38,161 nucleotides of DNA from a virus (Duplodnaviria; Caudoviricetes), in IMG/VR virus record IMGVR_UViG_3300027566_000017, positions 1 through 38,161 of that record. One strand, given 5' to 3'. The notes below the pieces were generated by a model. It had not been told where the DNA came from and did no database searches. It saw nothing but the letters and a program-made list of their open reading frames with translations. This document shows positions 16,749-26,069 of the stretch, piece by piece. Both the position numbers and the translations under genes were made by a program. Numbering within the stretch: position 1 is the first letter of the stretch; every line of letters begins with the position of its first letter.

Positions 16749-18358
16749 TGAAATTAAAAATTTCTCTGCTAATTATTTTTTTTGTTTTGTGTATGGGGTC
16801 GGCATCTGCGACGCAATTACAGGCAGACGAGTACACAAAAATATTGATGCATTTTGATAACGGCAATGGAAATACAACATTTGAGGATGAAACGGGGCGT
16901 GTATGGGCAGGTGTGAATGGAATCACTCAGAGCACGGGATCTATTTTTGATGGTAGTACATCATCTCTATTAACAAGTAGGTCAGCAGATCGTTACGTCA
17001 GATCATCGAATGTTACTGGGTTATGCCCAGGTACACAAGATTGGACAATTGAATTTCAAGCAAAAAGAAACACCGTAGGAACCGAGCAACGAATTTTTGG
17101 AAATACAAAGGCTGATGCGTTATTGCGAAACGCAACATTTGATATTAGATTTGTTGGAACAACTGGCAAAATAAGAGCTGCGTTTGGAAACGGAGCTACG
17201 TATAAAGCAATAGATTCGATATCATCTGTCAATGACACGGACTGGCACACGTATACAATTGAAAGAAAAGGACGATATGCTGTAATACTCCAAGACATGA
17301 AATATTTTGGCTGCACCGATCTCGGAGAATCGTATTCTCTACTCGATTCGGACACACAGTTTGCAATAGGCACAACTGGATTGGCCACTTATCCAGCATT
17401 TGATGGGTATATAGACGAGTTTCGCTATTCTGTCGGTATCGCCAGAGTTTCAGAAGATTGGATGGATTGGTATTTCATAGGCGACTCTAACACAGATGCT
17501 ACAAATACTGGTTTGACACCTAATGACGGGTCATGGTGTTACGTTTTTTCGATGGTTGCAAATGGAAACAATGTTACTGGAGATCATGCAATTGGTGGAT
17601 ATGGGATGTTATCTAGTTGGGGAGTCTCAAATATGAATGCATATTACCCATATCCTAAAAATTACGGTATCATGCTAGGTTCTAATGATGCACATACAGG
17701 AAGATCAGCAGCGACAGCTGCAACAAATGTAAAAACGATGTATGATTGGGCTGTAGCTAATGGATCTAATGCGGTTATATTAGTCCCTCCTATGGCAGTA
17801 GATACTGGAGGGTATTTAGCTTTAGCATATCAGCAACAGTGGATGCATGATTTTCAGAATAATCTGACTGGGTACAAATACATAAAAGCTTATGATGCAA
17901 CTGACACAAATCCGGGTAACGGGGAGCCTGGAGCAATAAATGCTAGCCTTTTCGAATCAGATGGACTGCATCTGAATGAAAACGGACAGACCGCACTAGG
18001 AAATTATATCTGGAGTCAGTTAAGGGGTGATTTTACTGCATCTCATGTTTCCGGGGACGCTCCATTGAAAGTAAAAATAACACACAGCAATCAAATGTTC
18101 CCAGCTTCATCTATGATCTGTGATTTTAATAATGATGGTGTGACAGACTCCAACAGGACAAATCCAGTGCATACATATGGTTCTGCGGGTGACTATACAA
18201 TTAATTTGACCGTTAATAACACATATGGATATTTCCCACATGTTAAAACTAATTATATAACCGCTACATCTCAAACATCACCCTCGACATTAGAGCAGTA
18301 TTGGAATGTCCTAATGAATTTCTTATTCGGATTAACTCTACAGGGGGCGAGAATATAA
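16748..18358 (+). CDS. Secreted LamG-like lectin plus SGNH/GDSL hydrolase plus PKD protein
   Basis: Signal peptide; LMHFD...FDGYIDEFR LamG-like domain; GDS, GSND and DGLH SGNH blocks; NPVHTY PKD. Confidence 0.82.
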   Translation: MKLKISLLIIFFVLCMGSASATQLQADEYTKILMHFDNGNGNTTFEDETGRVWAGVNGITQSTGSIFDGSTSSLLTSRSADRYVRSSNVTGLCPGTQDWTIEFQAKRNTVGTEQRIFGNTKADALLRNATFDIRFVGTTGKIRAAFGNGATYKAIDSISSVNDTDWHTYTIERKGRYAVILQDMKYFGCTDLGESYSLLDSDTQFAIGTTGLATYPAFDGYIDEFRYSVGIARVSEDWMDWYFIGDSNTDATNTGLTPNDGSWCYVFSMVANGNNVTGDHAIGGYGMLSSWGVSNMNAYYPYPKNYGIMLGSNDAHTGRSAATAATNVKTMYDWAVANGSNAVILVPPMAVDTGGYLALAYQQQWMHDFQNNLTGYKYIKAYDATDTNPGNGEPGAINASLFESDGLHLNENGQTALGNYIWSQLRGDFTASHVSGDAPLKVKITHSNQMFPASSMICDFNNDGVTDSNRTNPVHTYGSAGDYTINLTVNNTYGYFPHVKTNYITATSQTSPSTLEQYWNVLMNFLFGLTLQGARI

Positions 18359-18930
18359 CAGAAACGATATGGAAAAACGGACATACTCAAATTATAAGAT
18401 TTACGGCTTTAGCTGATAACCTAACAGCTTTTACAGGCACCAATACCGGGGATGATCTACCTGGTGCTATCGTTGTATATTCAGAAAACCGCTCTACTGG
18501 ATGGATTGATCAGGTGATCGAAAATCCAGTTGTAAAGTGGCAGGCTGAAAACGTAGCAATTTGGGAAGCCGAATTACCTTCTAGTTATATTACACTATCT
18601 TCAGGAAACGGGACATTACAAGTTTCTGGAACAGGAATGAAAATGGTTACAATTCCATTGATAATAGGAGGGAGCGCAACGGGCGGAGGACGTGTAATCA
18701 AAGATTTCACTCATAATGCAGTAGGGAAGACAATCCAGTTTACAGATACGACAATTACAAAGGCCGACATTTTAAAAATAACCGGAGTTGACAGCAATAT
18801 GAAAATATATGATTCTGAGAACCCTACACGCGGAAAGAACATATCTCAGGTCGAAGGAACCCCTGGTTTATTCAGTTATGAATATGGAGGAGTTCCCACA
18901 GGAGAAACACTTCAGATAATTGTGTGTTAA
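18355..18930 (+). CDS. Beta-rich hypothetical protein, possibly virion-associated
   Basis: Frame of ORF 18301-18930; likely ATA start at 18355 after GGGGGCGA, overlapping the upstream TAA. Confidence 0.6.
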   Translation: MTETIWKNGHTQIIRFTALADNLTAFTGTNTGDDLPGAIVVYSENRSTGWIDQVIENPVVKWQAENVAIWEAELPSSYITLSSGNGTLQVSGTGMKMVTIPLIIGGSATGGGRVIKDFTHNAVGKTIQFTDTTITKADILKITGVDSNMKIYDSENPTRGKNISQVEGTPGLFSYEYGGVPTGETLQIIVC

Positions 18931-18932
18931 AT

Positions 18933-19856
18933 ATGGCAACAAAAACCCTTCTTAACTCCCCTGAAATAAACATAATCGAATCTAATTTTATTTCTCTTTT
19001 TGATCGGACCTTCAAAAAAGGGGTCAAAAATACTTCAGGTCCTAAGCTCAAAAACTCTGTAAACAAATGGTTCACTTCATTTACTTTCGAAAAACAGCTT
19101 GACGGTCTTATAGATGACCTATATCTCTATACAGTCGATGAGTCAGACAAGCTCATAAAAAAAGCACTGAAAGCCAGCTTGCAGAGATCTTCTAGAAAGA
19201 ACTTTCTGAGGGCATCAGAGGAGAACATACCTGACGAACCGTTAGCGCTCACTGAGGAGGCCGTCAAAGAGGCATCTGGATTAGCTGAAGAAATCACTGA
19301 GTCAATCATCCGAGTTCTCAAGGATGAGGCTATCTATCAAGAAGGTCCAGATATCCTGGCAAGAAGAGTGCTTGATCTCTGGGGAGGAGAGAAGTACAGA
19401 GCTGTAAGGTGGGCCCGTACATTCAGCGCAGATGTAGCGACAAACACATCATACTACAGATATAAAGAATCTGGAATAGAAGAGTATCAAATATACGCAA
19501 CCATTGACGAAAAAACCTCTATGCAGTGCAGGCTCATGCATGGAACTGTTTTTCGAGTAGATTCACCAGAAGCAAAACTTTATAGATGCCCTTTTCACCA
19601 TCATTGCAGGACAACCATTCTCCCGATAGCGAATAATACAGAGATACCTGATAGCTTACGGTACGAGAACAGAGACTTTTCTCAGCAAGTGGGTCAAAAT
19701 TTAAACCCCATCGAAGAAGGATTGGATAAAGAACTTGTAAAAAACACTTTCAAAAATATAGACACTTTCAAAGAGAAATGGTCAATTCCTCAATACATCC
19801 TGGACGAAGATGTAGAAAAGCGGTTAATAAAGTTAGGGGTAGGAATTTCAACTTAA
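18933..19856 (+). CDS. Minor head protein, MuF/SPP1 gp7 family
   Basis: RAVRWART, DEKTSMQCRLMHG and PFHHHCRT motifs. Confidence 0.9.
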   Translation: MATKTLLNSPEINIIESNFISLFDRTFKKGVKNTSGPKLKNSVNKWFTSFTFEKQLDGLIDDLYLYTVDESDKLIKKALKASLQRSSRKNFLRASEENIPDEPLALTEEAVKEASGLAEEITESIIRVLKDEAIYQEGPDILARRVLDLWGGEKYRAVRWARTFSADVATNTSYYRYKESGIEEYQIYATIDEKTSMQCRLMHGTVFRVDSPEAKLYRCPFHHHCRTTILPIANNTEIPDSLRYENRDFSQQVGQNLNPIEEGLDKELVKNTFKNIDTFKEKWSIPQYILDEDVEKRLIKLGVGIST

Positions 19857-19916
19857 AAATTTTCTGCAAAATTTCACCCAATCATCCAGTATGCAACTGT
19901 TATGTAATTATCCAAT

Positions 19917-19937
19917 CGAAAACTAGTAAAATCACAT
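19917..19937 (+). repeat. 21-bp direct repeat, copy 1
   Basis: CGAAAACTAGTAAAATCACAT is identical to 21049-21069. Confidence 0.9.
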
Positions 19938-19995
19938 AAAGGAAAAAATAGGAAAAAATATAGTAACTCATCCCTTAAAAGGTTCATTGAAGTTA

Positions 19996-20334
19996 TTACT
20001 CGTGCAAAATGACTTCTATTACGTCCCCATCTTTAAACAGTTTAAAAAAATCAGTTCCAACTGCTGCCCTTCCTTTCGAAATGTCAACATCTGATATGTC
20101 CTCCCTCCTGAAAGTCTTCCTGTCCTTCAGGTAAGCCTCGTCAATTTCAATCTGCTTATCAGCTATCAACGTATGCTCTTTGCTCAGGAGTAGCACATCG
20201 AGGATCAGCTCTTGAGCCATCTTTGAAATCGTGGTCCCTGCGTGAAGCCTTCCGTATTTTTTTTCAGTTACGCTTATCTCCGTTTTTATGGTCCTTGATT
20301 TTATTCCGGAAAAAGTAAGTTTTGAAGACATCAC
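19996..20334 (-). CDS. Hypothetical protein with two beta-rich repeats (AbrB/DUF2080-like possibility)
   Basis: 112 aa; coupled to the upstream small ORF. Confidence 0.65.
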   Translation of the reverse strand: MMSSKLTFSGIKSRTIKTEISVTEKKYGRLHAGTTISKMAQELILDVLLLSKEHTLIADKQIEIDEAYLKDRKTFRREDISDVDISKGRAAVGTDFFKLFKDGDVIEVILHE

Positions 20335-20462
20335 CTCATCCCCTTCAACTTTTTTACCTGCCCTAAAAATTTCATGTACTGATGCACTGTTACCTCGAAT
20401 TCTGCAGTTACGTTTTCCTCTCCATGGTTTTCAGAGAGGAAACGGATTTTATATTTTTTCAT
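20331..20462 (-). CDS. Small hypothetical protein (43 aa)
   Basis: GAGGG SD, ATG, GTGA overlap with the next gene. Confidence 0.5.
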   Translation of the reverse strand: MKKYKIRFLSENHGEENVTAEFEVTVHQYMKFLGQVKKLKGMR

Positions 20463-20494
20463 AGAACCCTCAATAAAGGAAGTTTGGAGTTTTC

Positions 20495-20962
20495 TTACTC
20501 CATCCAAACTTTCTCAATTCCCCAGTTATAATATTCTTCAATTTCTTCTGGTTTGACGTTCTCTCTGATGTATTTTACCACAATTTCTGAAACTTCATCT
20601 GCGTTATGGATTTTTGTATATCCATTTTCCCAAAGTTTTTTAACCGACGTTTTGTCTTGTTTTGCAATTTCAGTCAGTGCCTCCATTACAATTTCTGAGG
20701 TATCCAAATCATCTGCATTAACATCATCTTCAAAATCACAGATCCAGTCTGTGATTTCGGTTCTTGCCAGTCTATCCTCAAATTCAATTAATGTTTCTTC
20801 AGGATATTCCAGGGCATCGAATTCTTTCCTGCATTCTTCGCAGTTTTCAAAGTGTTCAGCTATTTTTTCAAGCATTTCCTGCGATTCTTTCCAGAGGTCG
20901 CTGTTCTGCCAGCTGTTCTTTGCACATTCGTTTACTTGTTCGATCAGTTGTTTAGCGTTCAT
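20495..20962 (-). CDS. Highly acidic hypothetical protein with HxxxCxxC
   Basis: AGGAGA SD; 155 aa, very Glu/Asp-rich. Confidence 0.75.
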   Translation of the reverse strand: MNAKQLIEQVNECAKNSWQNSDLWKESQEMLEKIAEHFENCEECRKEFDALEYPEETLIEFEDRLARTEITDWICDFEDDVNADDLDTSEIVMEALTEIAKQDKTSVKKLWENGYTKIHNADEVSEIVVKYIRENVKPEEIEEYYNWGIEKVWME

Positions 20963-21048
20963 TTTGGTTATCTCCTTATTTTGTTATCGTTTTTCTTTGT
21001 CTATAATATACTACACACCAATTGTATATATAGTTATTGGTGTAAACA

Positions 21049-21069
21049 CGAAAACTAGTAAAATCACAT
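21049..21069 (+). repeat. 21-bp direct repeat, copy 2
   Basis: Identical to 19917-19937. Confidence 0.9.
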
Positions 21070-21204
21070 GTATACGTGTTCTCTTCTACCAGGATCCACC
21101 TAACTGTAAAAAAATAGTAAGAAACACATAGGTGATTTTTTATATGTTTTCTGATACAGTTTTTAAAAGAAAAAAAGTAAGAAGAAATTAAAACGAAAAC
21201 GCGA

Positions 21205-21597
21205 TTAGTCCGGAATGAAATTTCTTAATAAAGCTCTTCCTGTCAAGTCTATATCCAGGACTTCTTCTCCCAGATCCTTATGTTTCAATAGGATAACTTC
21301 ATCGTACATTTTCCCCTCCTCTGGAATTTCATAGGGTTCTAAATAAGGCAATATCCCTTCCTTACCTTCAGGGATATATTCGGAGTACTTTATCCACATT
21401 ATATTAAACTCGTCTGCCAACCACACAGGAGCTTTATCAGGATTATCCTTATAGACTTCTGCTTTTTTCCATACGTAAATCTTGATAGGTTTTAGTTTTT
21501 CAATAGATTCGGCCAAACACCCCAGATTCACTTTTGGATGTGTTAGAGAAGCAGAAGTTTCGGCTTTAGTTAACCCACTTTCATCATATTCTGGCAT
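21205..21597 (-). CDS. Hypothetical protein
   Basis: GGTGA SD, ATG start, 130 aa. Confidence 0.7.
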   Translation of the reverse strand: MPEYDESGLTKAETSASLTHPKVNLGCLAESIEKLKPIKIYVWKKAEVYKDNPDKAPVWLADEFNIMWIKYSEYIPEGKEGILPYLEPYEIPEEGKMYDEVILLKHKDLGEEVLDIDLTGRALLRNFIPD

Positions 21598-22019
21598 GTA
21601 TATTCACCACAACACTCTATCTATTATTTAGATGCGCCTTTCCAGCATCTTCCGAATTTAGAAACTTTTGACTCAAAAAAAACAGAGTTTTGATTATTAC
21701 ATGTTCCTTTTTTATTATCAACTGGTATAAAAAACCCACATTTTTCACACATAACCATTCTATTTTTCACTCACCTTTAACATATATAGTATTATCTTCC
21801 TCAAACACATCTACAATGTTAAAAGATCCCGATTCGGATGAAATTATTAATACATCGTCTTCGAGATTACATTTATAGAGTTCGCGGATAAGTTCTTTTA
21901 CTTTCATTTAAAATACCACTTCCCTCTAAATTTAAACCCACCTTCAACTTTATCAACAACCCATAGTGCAAGTACTTCGACAACACAAAATACAATAATA
22001 TATCCCAGGATTGACATAT

Positions 22020-22478
22020 TCAAAAAACCCTCCTTACCCATTTCACGATTTTTATCTTCTTAATTTCTAGAATATTAGAATAAATCTTATCTGCAAGTAT
22101 GTGCCCCCAAAGAGCTAATACTGCACCTATTATACTCTCTTCCCAAACATCAATTCCAAATTTAAAGCGTAGTATTAACCAAACTGGAGTTATCAAGATA
22201 AACGGGCCCCAACCAATAGAGTGGAGTATTTCCCTATGCCCTGCATCCACAAACGGCCTCCAGATAAATTTAAAAGGTCCCCATAGTTTAGTAACCAAGC
22301 TTGTAGATGAATCAAGGTCACAGGTTATCAAAAAAGTATAGGGAACAACTCCAGCCCAAAGTTTTAAAAAAGAATGAAAGTTTAGAAAGTTAGTATATGC
22401 AGCGTAGATCGAGGCAAGAAAAATTAAACTAATATTGAATTTAACGTGGTTTAAATAATCCATATTTTCCTCAAACAT
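22020..22478 (-). CDS. DUF2227/YdjM-like membrane metal-binding hydrolase
   Basis: N-terminal H, DLD, WGPxxxIWxP, HRxxxHS and HILAD motifs with TM helices. Confidence 0.8.
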   Translation of the reverse strand: MFEENMDYLNHVKFNISLIFLASIYAAYTNFLNFHSFLKLWAGVVPYTFLITCDLDSSTSLVTKLWGPFKFIWRPFVDAGHREILHSIGWGPFILITPVWLILRFKFGIDVWEESIIGAVLALWGHILADKIYSNILEIKKIKIVKWVRRVF

Positions 22479-22575
22479 GCTGCCTTATCCACGTCTCTTG
22501 TTAAAACATACCCTCTATGCAGTGGATCACAGTCCTTTCCTATTATACAAAATGGACACCTCACAATCCAAATAC

Positions 22576-22767
22576 TCATACATTTACTCCTGACAACGTA
22601 TGCCTTATACTCCACTCAAAATAACACAGGGCTTGCTTCAGTTTTCGTATTATATCTTCTTTGGGTCTTCCGCTATCGAGCATAACCTGAACTTCGTTTA
22701 CGAGCTCAGGTTCAGGATTAATTAATTCCACAATCAGTTTAGAATTTTTTAAGATTTCAGTAGCCAT
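22576..22767 (-). CDS. Small hypothetical protein
   Basis: 63 aa within a tightly packed minus-strand operon. Confidence 0.55.
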   Translation of the reverse strand: MATEILKNSKLIVELINPEPELVNEVQVMLDSGRPKEDIIRKLKQALCYFEWSIRHTLSGVNV

Positions 22768-22884
22768 GATTCATTTTCCCCTTTCAGATTTTCCCGCTCA
22801 TTTTGTATATATATTCAAAATAATATTCCCAATTTTCAATCATTTTTATGTGTAAATATTCGAATCCGGTAATCATCCCATCCC

Positions 22885-22986
22885 CTAAAAAATAAATAGG
22901 CCGCTAACCACTTCAAGACATAGTGCAAAGGTTGCAAGTGCACTGTAAATTTCTAAGGTATTATGCTCATGTCTTCCAACATTCAT
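22885..22986 (-). CDS. 33-aa single-TM micropeptide
   Basis: AGGTGG SD; MNVGRHEHNTLEIYSALATFALCLEVVSGLFIF. Confidence 0.45.
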   Translation of the reverse strand: MNVGRHEHNTLEIYSALATFALCLEVVSGLFIF

Positions 22987-23000
22987 GTCAAAACCACCTT

Positions 23001-23096
23001 TCAGAAATATCTTGCAGGTGTAGCAGCTGCAACCCCAGCCACAATACTTAGAAAAATACATAACCCTAATAGAAAATTCTCGGTACTTTTTGTCAC
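23001..23096 (-). CDS. 31-aa single-TM micropeptide
   Basis: GGTGA SD, GTG start; MTKSTENFLLGLCIFLSIVAGVAAATPARYF. Confidence 0.45.
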   Translation of the reverse strand: MTKSTENFLLGLCIFLSIVAGVAAATPARYF

Positions 23097-23100
23097 AAAA

Positions 23101-23211
23101 TCACCACGGTTTGAGTTGCATTAAGCCTGCGAAATACGCAACCAATCCCCACAATATAAAAATTGTTAAAAATATAATTTTTCTCCAGATCCAATAACCA
23201 AATCTTGCCAT
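23101..23211 (-). CDS. 36-aa single-TM micropeptide
   Basis: GGAGAG SD; MARFGYWIWRKIIFLTIFILWGLVAYFAGLMQLKPW. Confidence 0.5.
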   Translation of the reverse strand: MARFGYWIWRKIIFLTIFILWGLVAYFAGLMQLKPW

Positions 23212-23245
23212 TGTAATCTCTCCAAAAAAAGAAAGATGGTAAAAA

Positions 23246-23905
23246 TTAACCAAGCACGATGGACATTAATCCTTCATCCTCGGTATCAACATCTATGCAA
23301 AAACGCGTTTGACCAGATGCAACGCTTTTGTATGCTTTTTTTACTACTTCAGCATCCCACCCATTATCTTTTAAATAATCGCACATGTTATTGGCACACG
23401 ATCTACTGGAACAAGTTACCTTTCCAGTATATGCATCAAGGCAATTCACCAGATCTTCATAAGCATGTCCAGAATCTTCAGTATCCTCTACTTCCTCTGT
23501 TTCTTCATCCTCCTCTACTTCATTTTCCTCATCGTTTTCTCCTTTATATTTATCCTTCACAGTGCATCCATTGCCACATACAGGGACACTAATCTCCCCA
23601 TCTACATCACGATATTCAGCATTGTATCCCTTATCATTGTCCGAATTTGAGTAGAAAACAACGAAATCATCTCCATTGCATTCTAAAACATCCCATTTCC
23701 AGGCAGGGTGATCTTCTTCTGCAGTTTCGGTTACTATTTCGATGTAATTACTTTCTCCTTTATACTTATCAAGGAATTTTGTCACGTCAAGAGAATCAGG
23801 AAGGTCTTTATTTGCAGTCTCAGCAGCAGCAGTTGTTGAAAACACAACAGCAAACATAGCAAAAATCAGCATTATGCTACCAATTTTTAATATAGATTTC
23901 GTAAT
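23246..23905 (-). CDS. Secreted acidic, Cys-rich two-domain protein
   Basis: Signal peptide ending AAA-E; ORF track start 23872, but in-frame ATT at 23905 follows GAGGTGA and supplies the basic n-region. Confidence 0.7.
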   Translation of the reverse strand: MTKSILKIGSIMLIFAMFAVVFSTTAAAETANKDLPDSLDVTKFLDKYKGESNYIEIVTETAEEDHPAWKWDVLECNGDDFVVFYSNSDNDKGYNAEYRDVDGEISVPVCGNGCTVKDKYKGENDEENEVEEDEETEEVEDTEDSGHAYEDLVNCLDAYTGKVTCSSRSCANNMCDYLKDNGWDAEVVKKAYKSVASGQTRFCIDVDTEDEGLMSIVLG

Positions 23906-24032
23906 TAAATCACCTCACAATGTTTACATTATTTATATACCTTAAACTTACACTAAAAATAGTTTAAATACCATAAGCTTTAGGTTTAAATAATGTGTAA
24001 ACTTTATAATGTAATACAGTGATATATACTTT

Positions 24033-25895
24033 ATGCATTTGAAAAGTTCGGCAATTATATTACTAACAATATTCTTACTCACATGTCCCGCTATAGCAGG
24101 TGATGAAGTAGGTGATGAAAACGACATAATACAAGGGCTAAAAGAGAATGCCGGAGGTGTATACACAGTTCCTGCAGGGACATACATCCTAAACTGCAAG
24201 GAATCGATCAAAGTCCCAGAAGGTACGACAATTCAAGGGACTATGAGTAAGTCCGGAAAATGGCTCACTATTATTGAATGGGGTCCGGATCTCAAGCTGG
24301 GGAAACAGGTCCCGGTTTTTGAAGCTTCGGATAATACAAAATTTCTATATTTGGATATCCTGGGGAATTCTGAAAACAGGCCTACAGTTCCGTATTGGAA
24401 TGGCCACAGCGGAAAAGAAAAAGGCAAGAAAAAGGGGCAGGGGTATGATAATGCAATAGGTGGAAAACATTTCAAAAACGTGGAAGTAGCTTACAACAGG
24501 TTCTCTGATAGCCTGGGTGATTATTTCCGTTTCTGGTACTGCGAGAACATATCTTTTCATGATAATTATGCTACTGGATGTGGACACGATACCTTCTATG
24601 GGACTCAATCCGAGAAGCTCATAGCGTATAATAATTACATCGAGCCGATGGCCAACTCTGCATTAAGGGTGATGGACTGCTCAGGAGTGTTATTTCATTC
24701 AAATACAATAGTAGTTCCAGAGGGAGGAGGTCCTGCAGGGCCAGGGATCCAGATCCAAAATGATAAAGGGGAAATGCACGATATCGAGGTCTGTTATAAT
24801 ACAATATATTCTTCTTATGGCCCGGGTTTCTGGGTCGTCGGTAAAACAAAAACAGGGAAGCAGAGCGCAAATATTCATCACAATGTTATCATGAATGCTG
24901 GCACTGATCGGGGTATCTACTGGGTCGGAGGCATGGTAATTAGTGGATATGACAACTTGAAAATTTCGAACAACGTTTTTGATTCTTGTTATCGTGCCGG
25001 GATCCTATATTATGCTTATAACAAAGCGTGGGGGACCGAAGCACATTCTGACATTTCGGAAAATATTTTCACAAATATTCAGGTAGGCAGATCTGATAGC
25101 AGAGGCGGTAATGGAATTAGATGCGAGATAGGTCCTCAATCAATAACCAGTGAGGACAACTGTTTTTGGGATAACACAGGCAATGATGTCGAAGGCTGCC
25201 ACAAGTCCAGCTCCGATATCTCATTCGATCCAAAAAAGAACAAAACACCATCTGGGTATACCTGGGACGAAGATGAAGAGGCCTGGTCTTGTGATGGTAT
25301 GCCACCAACTAGTTTAGATTATAATCCAGGTGGAGTCTATGATAACGAGGATCCAATCACAGATGAAGAAGCTCAGGAGTTTGAATTTGATAATTTTCTT
25401 GATGTTCTTTCTGAGAGGATTTGCACTCAAGTAGATGAAGATGAAAATGTTATACTGCCAGATGGAATCGAAGAAAGCCCGACCAAGGCACTATGCGAAG
25501 TTGAATATCGTGTAATGGGTAACAACACGACTACTTTCGTAAAATTCTCAGATGATAAACTAAGGGGAGTTTCTGAGGTAGTATATGAAGTCGATGGAAA
25601 AACAGCTACACATACCCTAATGCTAGGGGAGAAAACTTCACATGGAGTTGTCTTTACAGAGACTTCGATATGGAGTGGCGAATTAGATCATACAGGTGAT
25701 GATTTAGAGCTTCCTGGTAAAATCGATCTGCAAGATATCACCATCACCTGTGTTACTCCAAAGGACACCTTCCAACCAATAATTGAAGCAACCACAGTAA
25801 AGGTTGAGCCAATTACAATAAATCCAATTATGATCGGGATTTTCTTTGAGATTTTTATAGGTATATTTTTGCTTACTGTATTTTTGAGATATTAA
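24033..25895 (+). CDS. Membrane-anchored right-handed beta-helix protein (pectin-lyase fold, disaggregatase-like)
   Basis: Signal peptide; VYTVPAGTY cap; repeated I-x-x-N rungs (ISFHDN, IAYNN, IHHN, ISNN); C-terminal TM helix. Confidence 0.8.
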   Translation: MHLKSSAIILLTIFLLTCPAIAGDEVGDENDIIQGLKENAGGVYTVPAGTYILNCKESIKVPEGTTIQGTMSKSGKWLTIIEWGPDLKLGKQVPVFEASDNTKFLYLDILGNSENRPTVPYWNGHSGKEKGKKKGQGYDNAIGGKHFKNVEVAYNRFSDSLGDYFRFWYCENISFHDNYATGCGHDTFYGTQSEKLIAYNNYIEPMANSALRVMDCSGVLFHSNTIVVPEGGGPAGPGIQIQNDKGEMHDIEVCYNTIYSSYGPGFWVVGKTKTGKQSANIHHNVIMNAGTDRGIYWVGGMVISGYDNLKISNNVFDSCYRAGILYYAYNKAWGTEAHSDISENIFTNIQVGRSDSRGGNGIRCEIGPQSITSEDNCFWDNTGNDVEGCHKSSSDISFDPKKNKTPSGYTWDEDEEAWSCDGMPPTSLDYNPGGVYDNEDPITDEEAQEFEFDNFLDVLSERICTQVDEDENVILPDGIEESPTKALCEVEYRVMGNNTTTFVKFSDDKLRGVSEVVYEVDGKTATHTLMLGEKTSHGVVFTETSIWSGELDHTGDDLELPGKIDLQDITITCVTPKDTFQPIIEATTVKVEPITINPIMIGIFFEIFIGIFLLTVFLRY

Positions 25896-26069
25896 TGTAA
25901 AACGATATTGATTAATCAATATTGTTCTTTTTTTTAATCTTTTAACTTATCTCTCTTTATATAATTTGTAAACAAAAATACCAATTTTTTAATTATAGTC
26001 CACTCTCTTTATATACTTTGTAAACATTATGAAGTATATACAAAACGTATAATTTTTAGAAGGTTAAAT

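Noticed and set aside
20553-21131. 192-aa plus-strand ORF and other long antisense ORFs (e.g. 26520-27017, 29328-29951, 30751-31248)
   Set aside because: Ser/Phe-rich mirror translations of well-supported genes on the opposite strand
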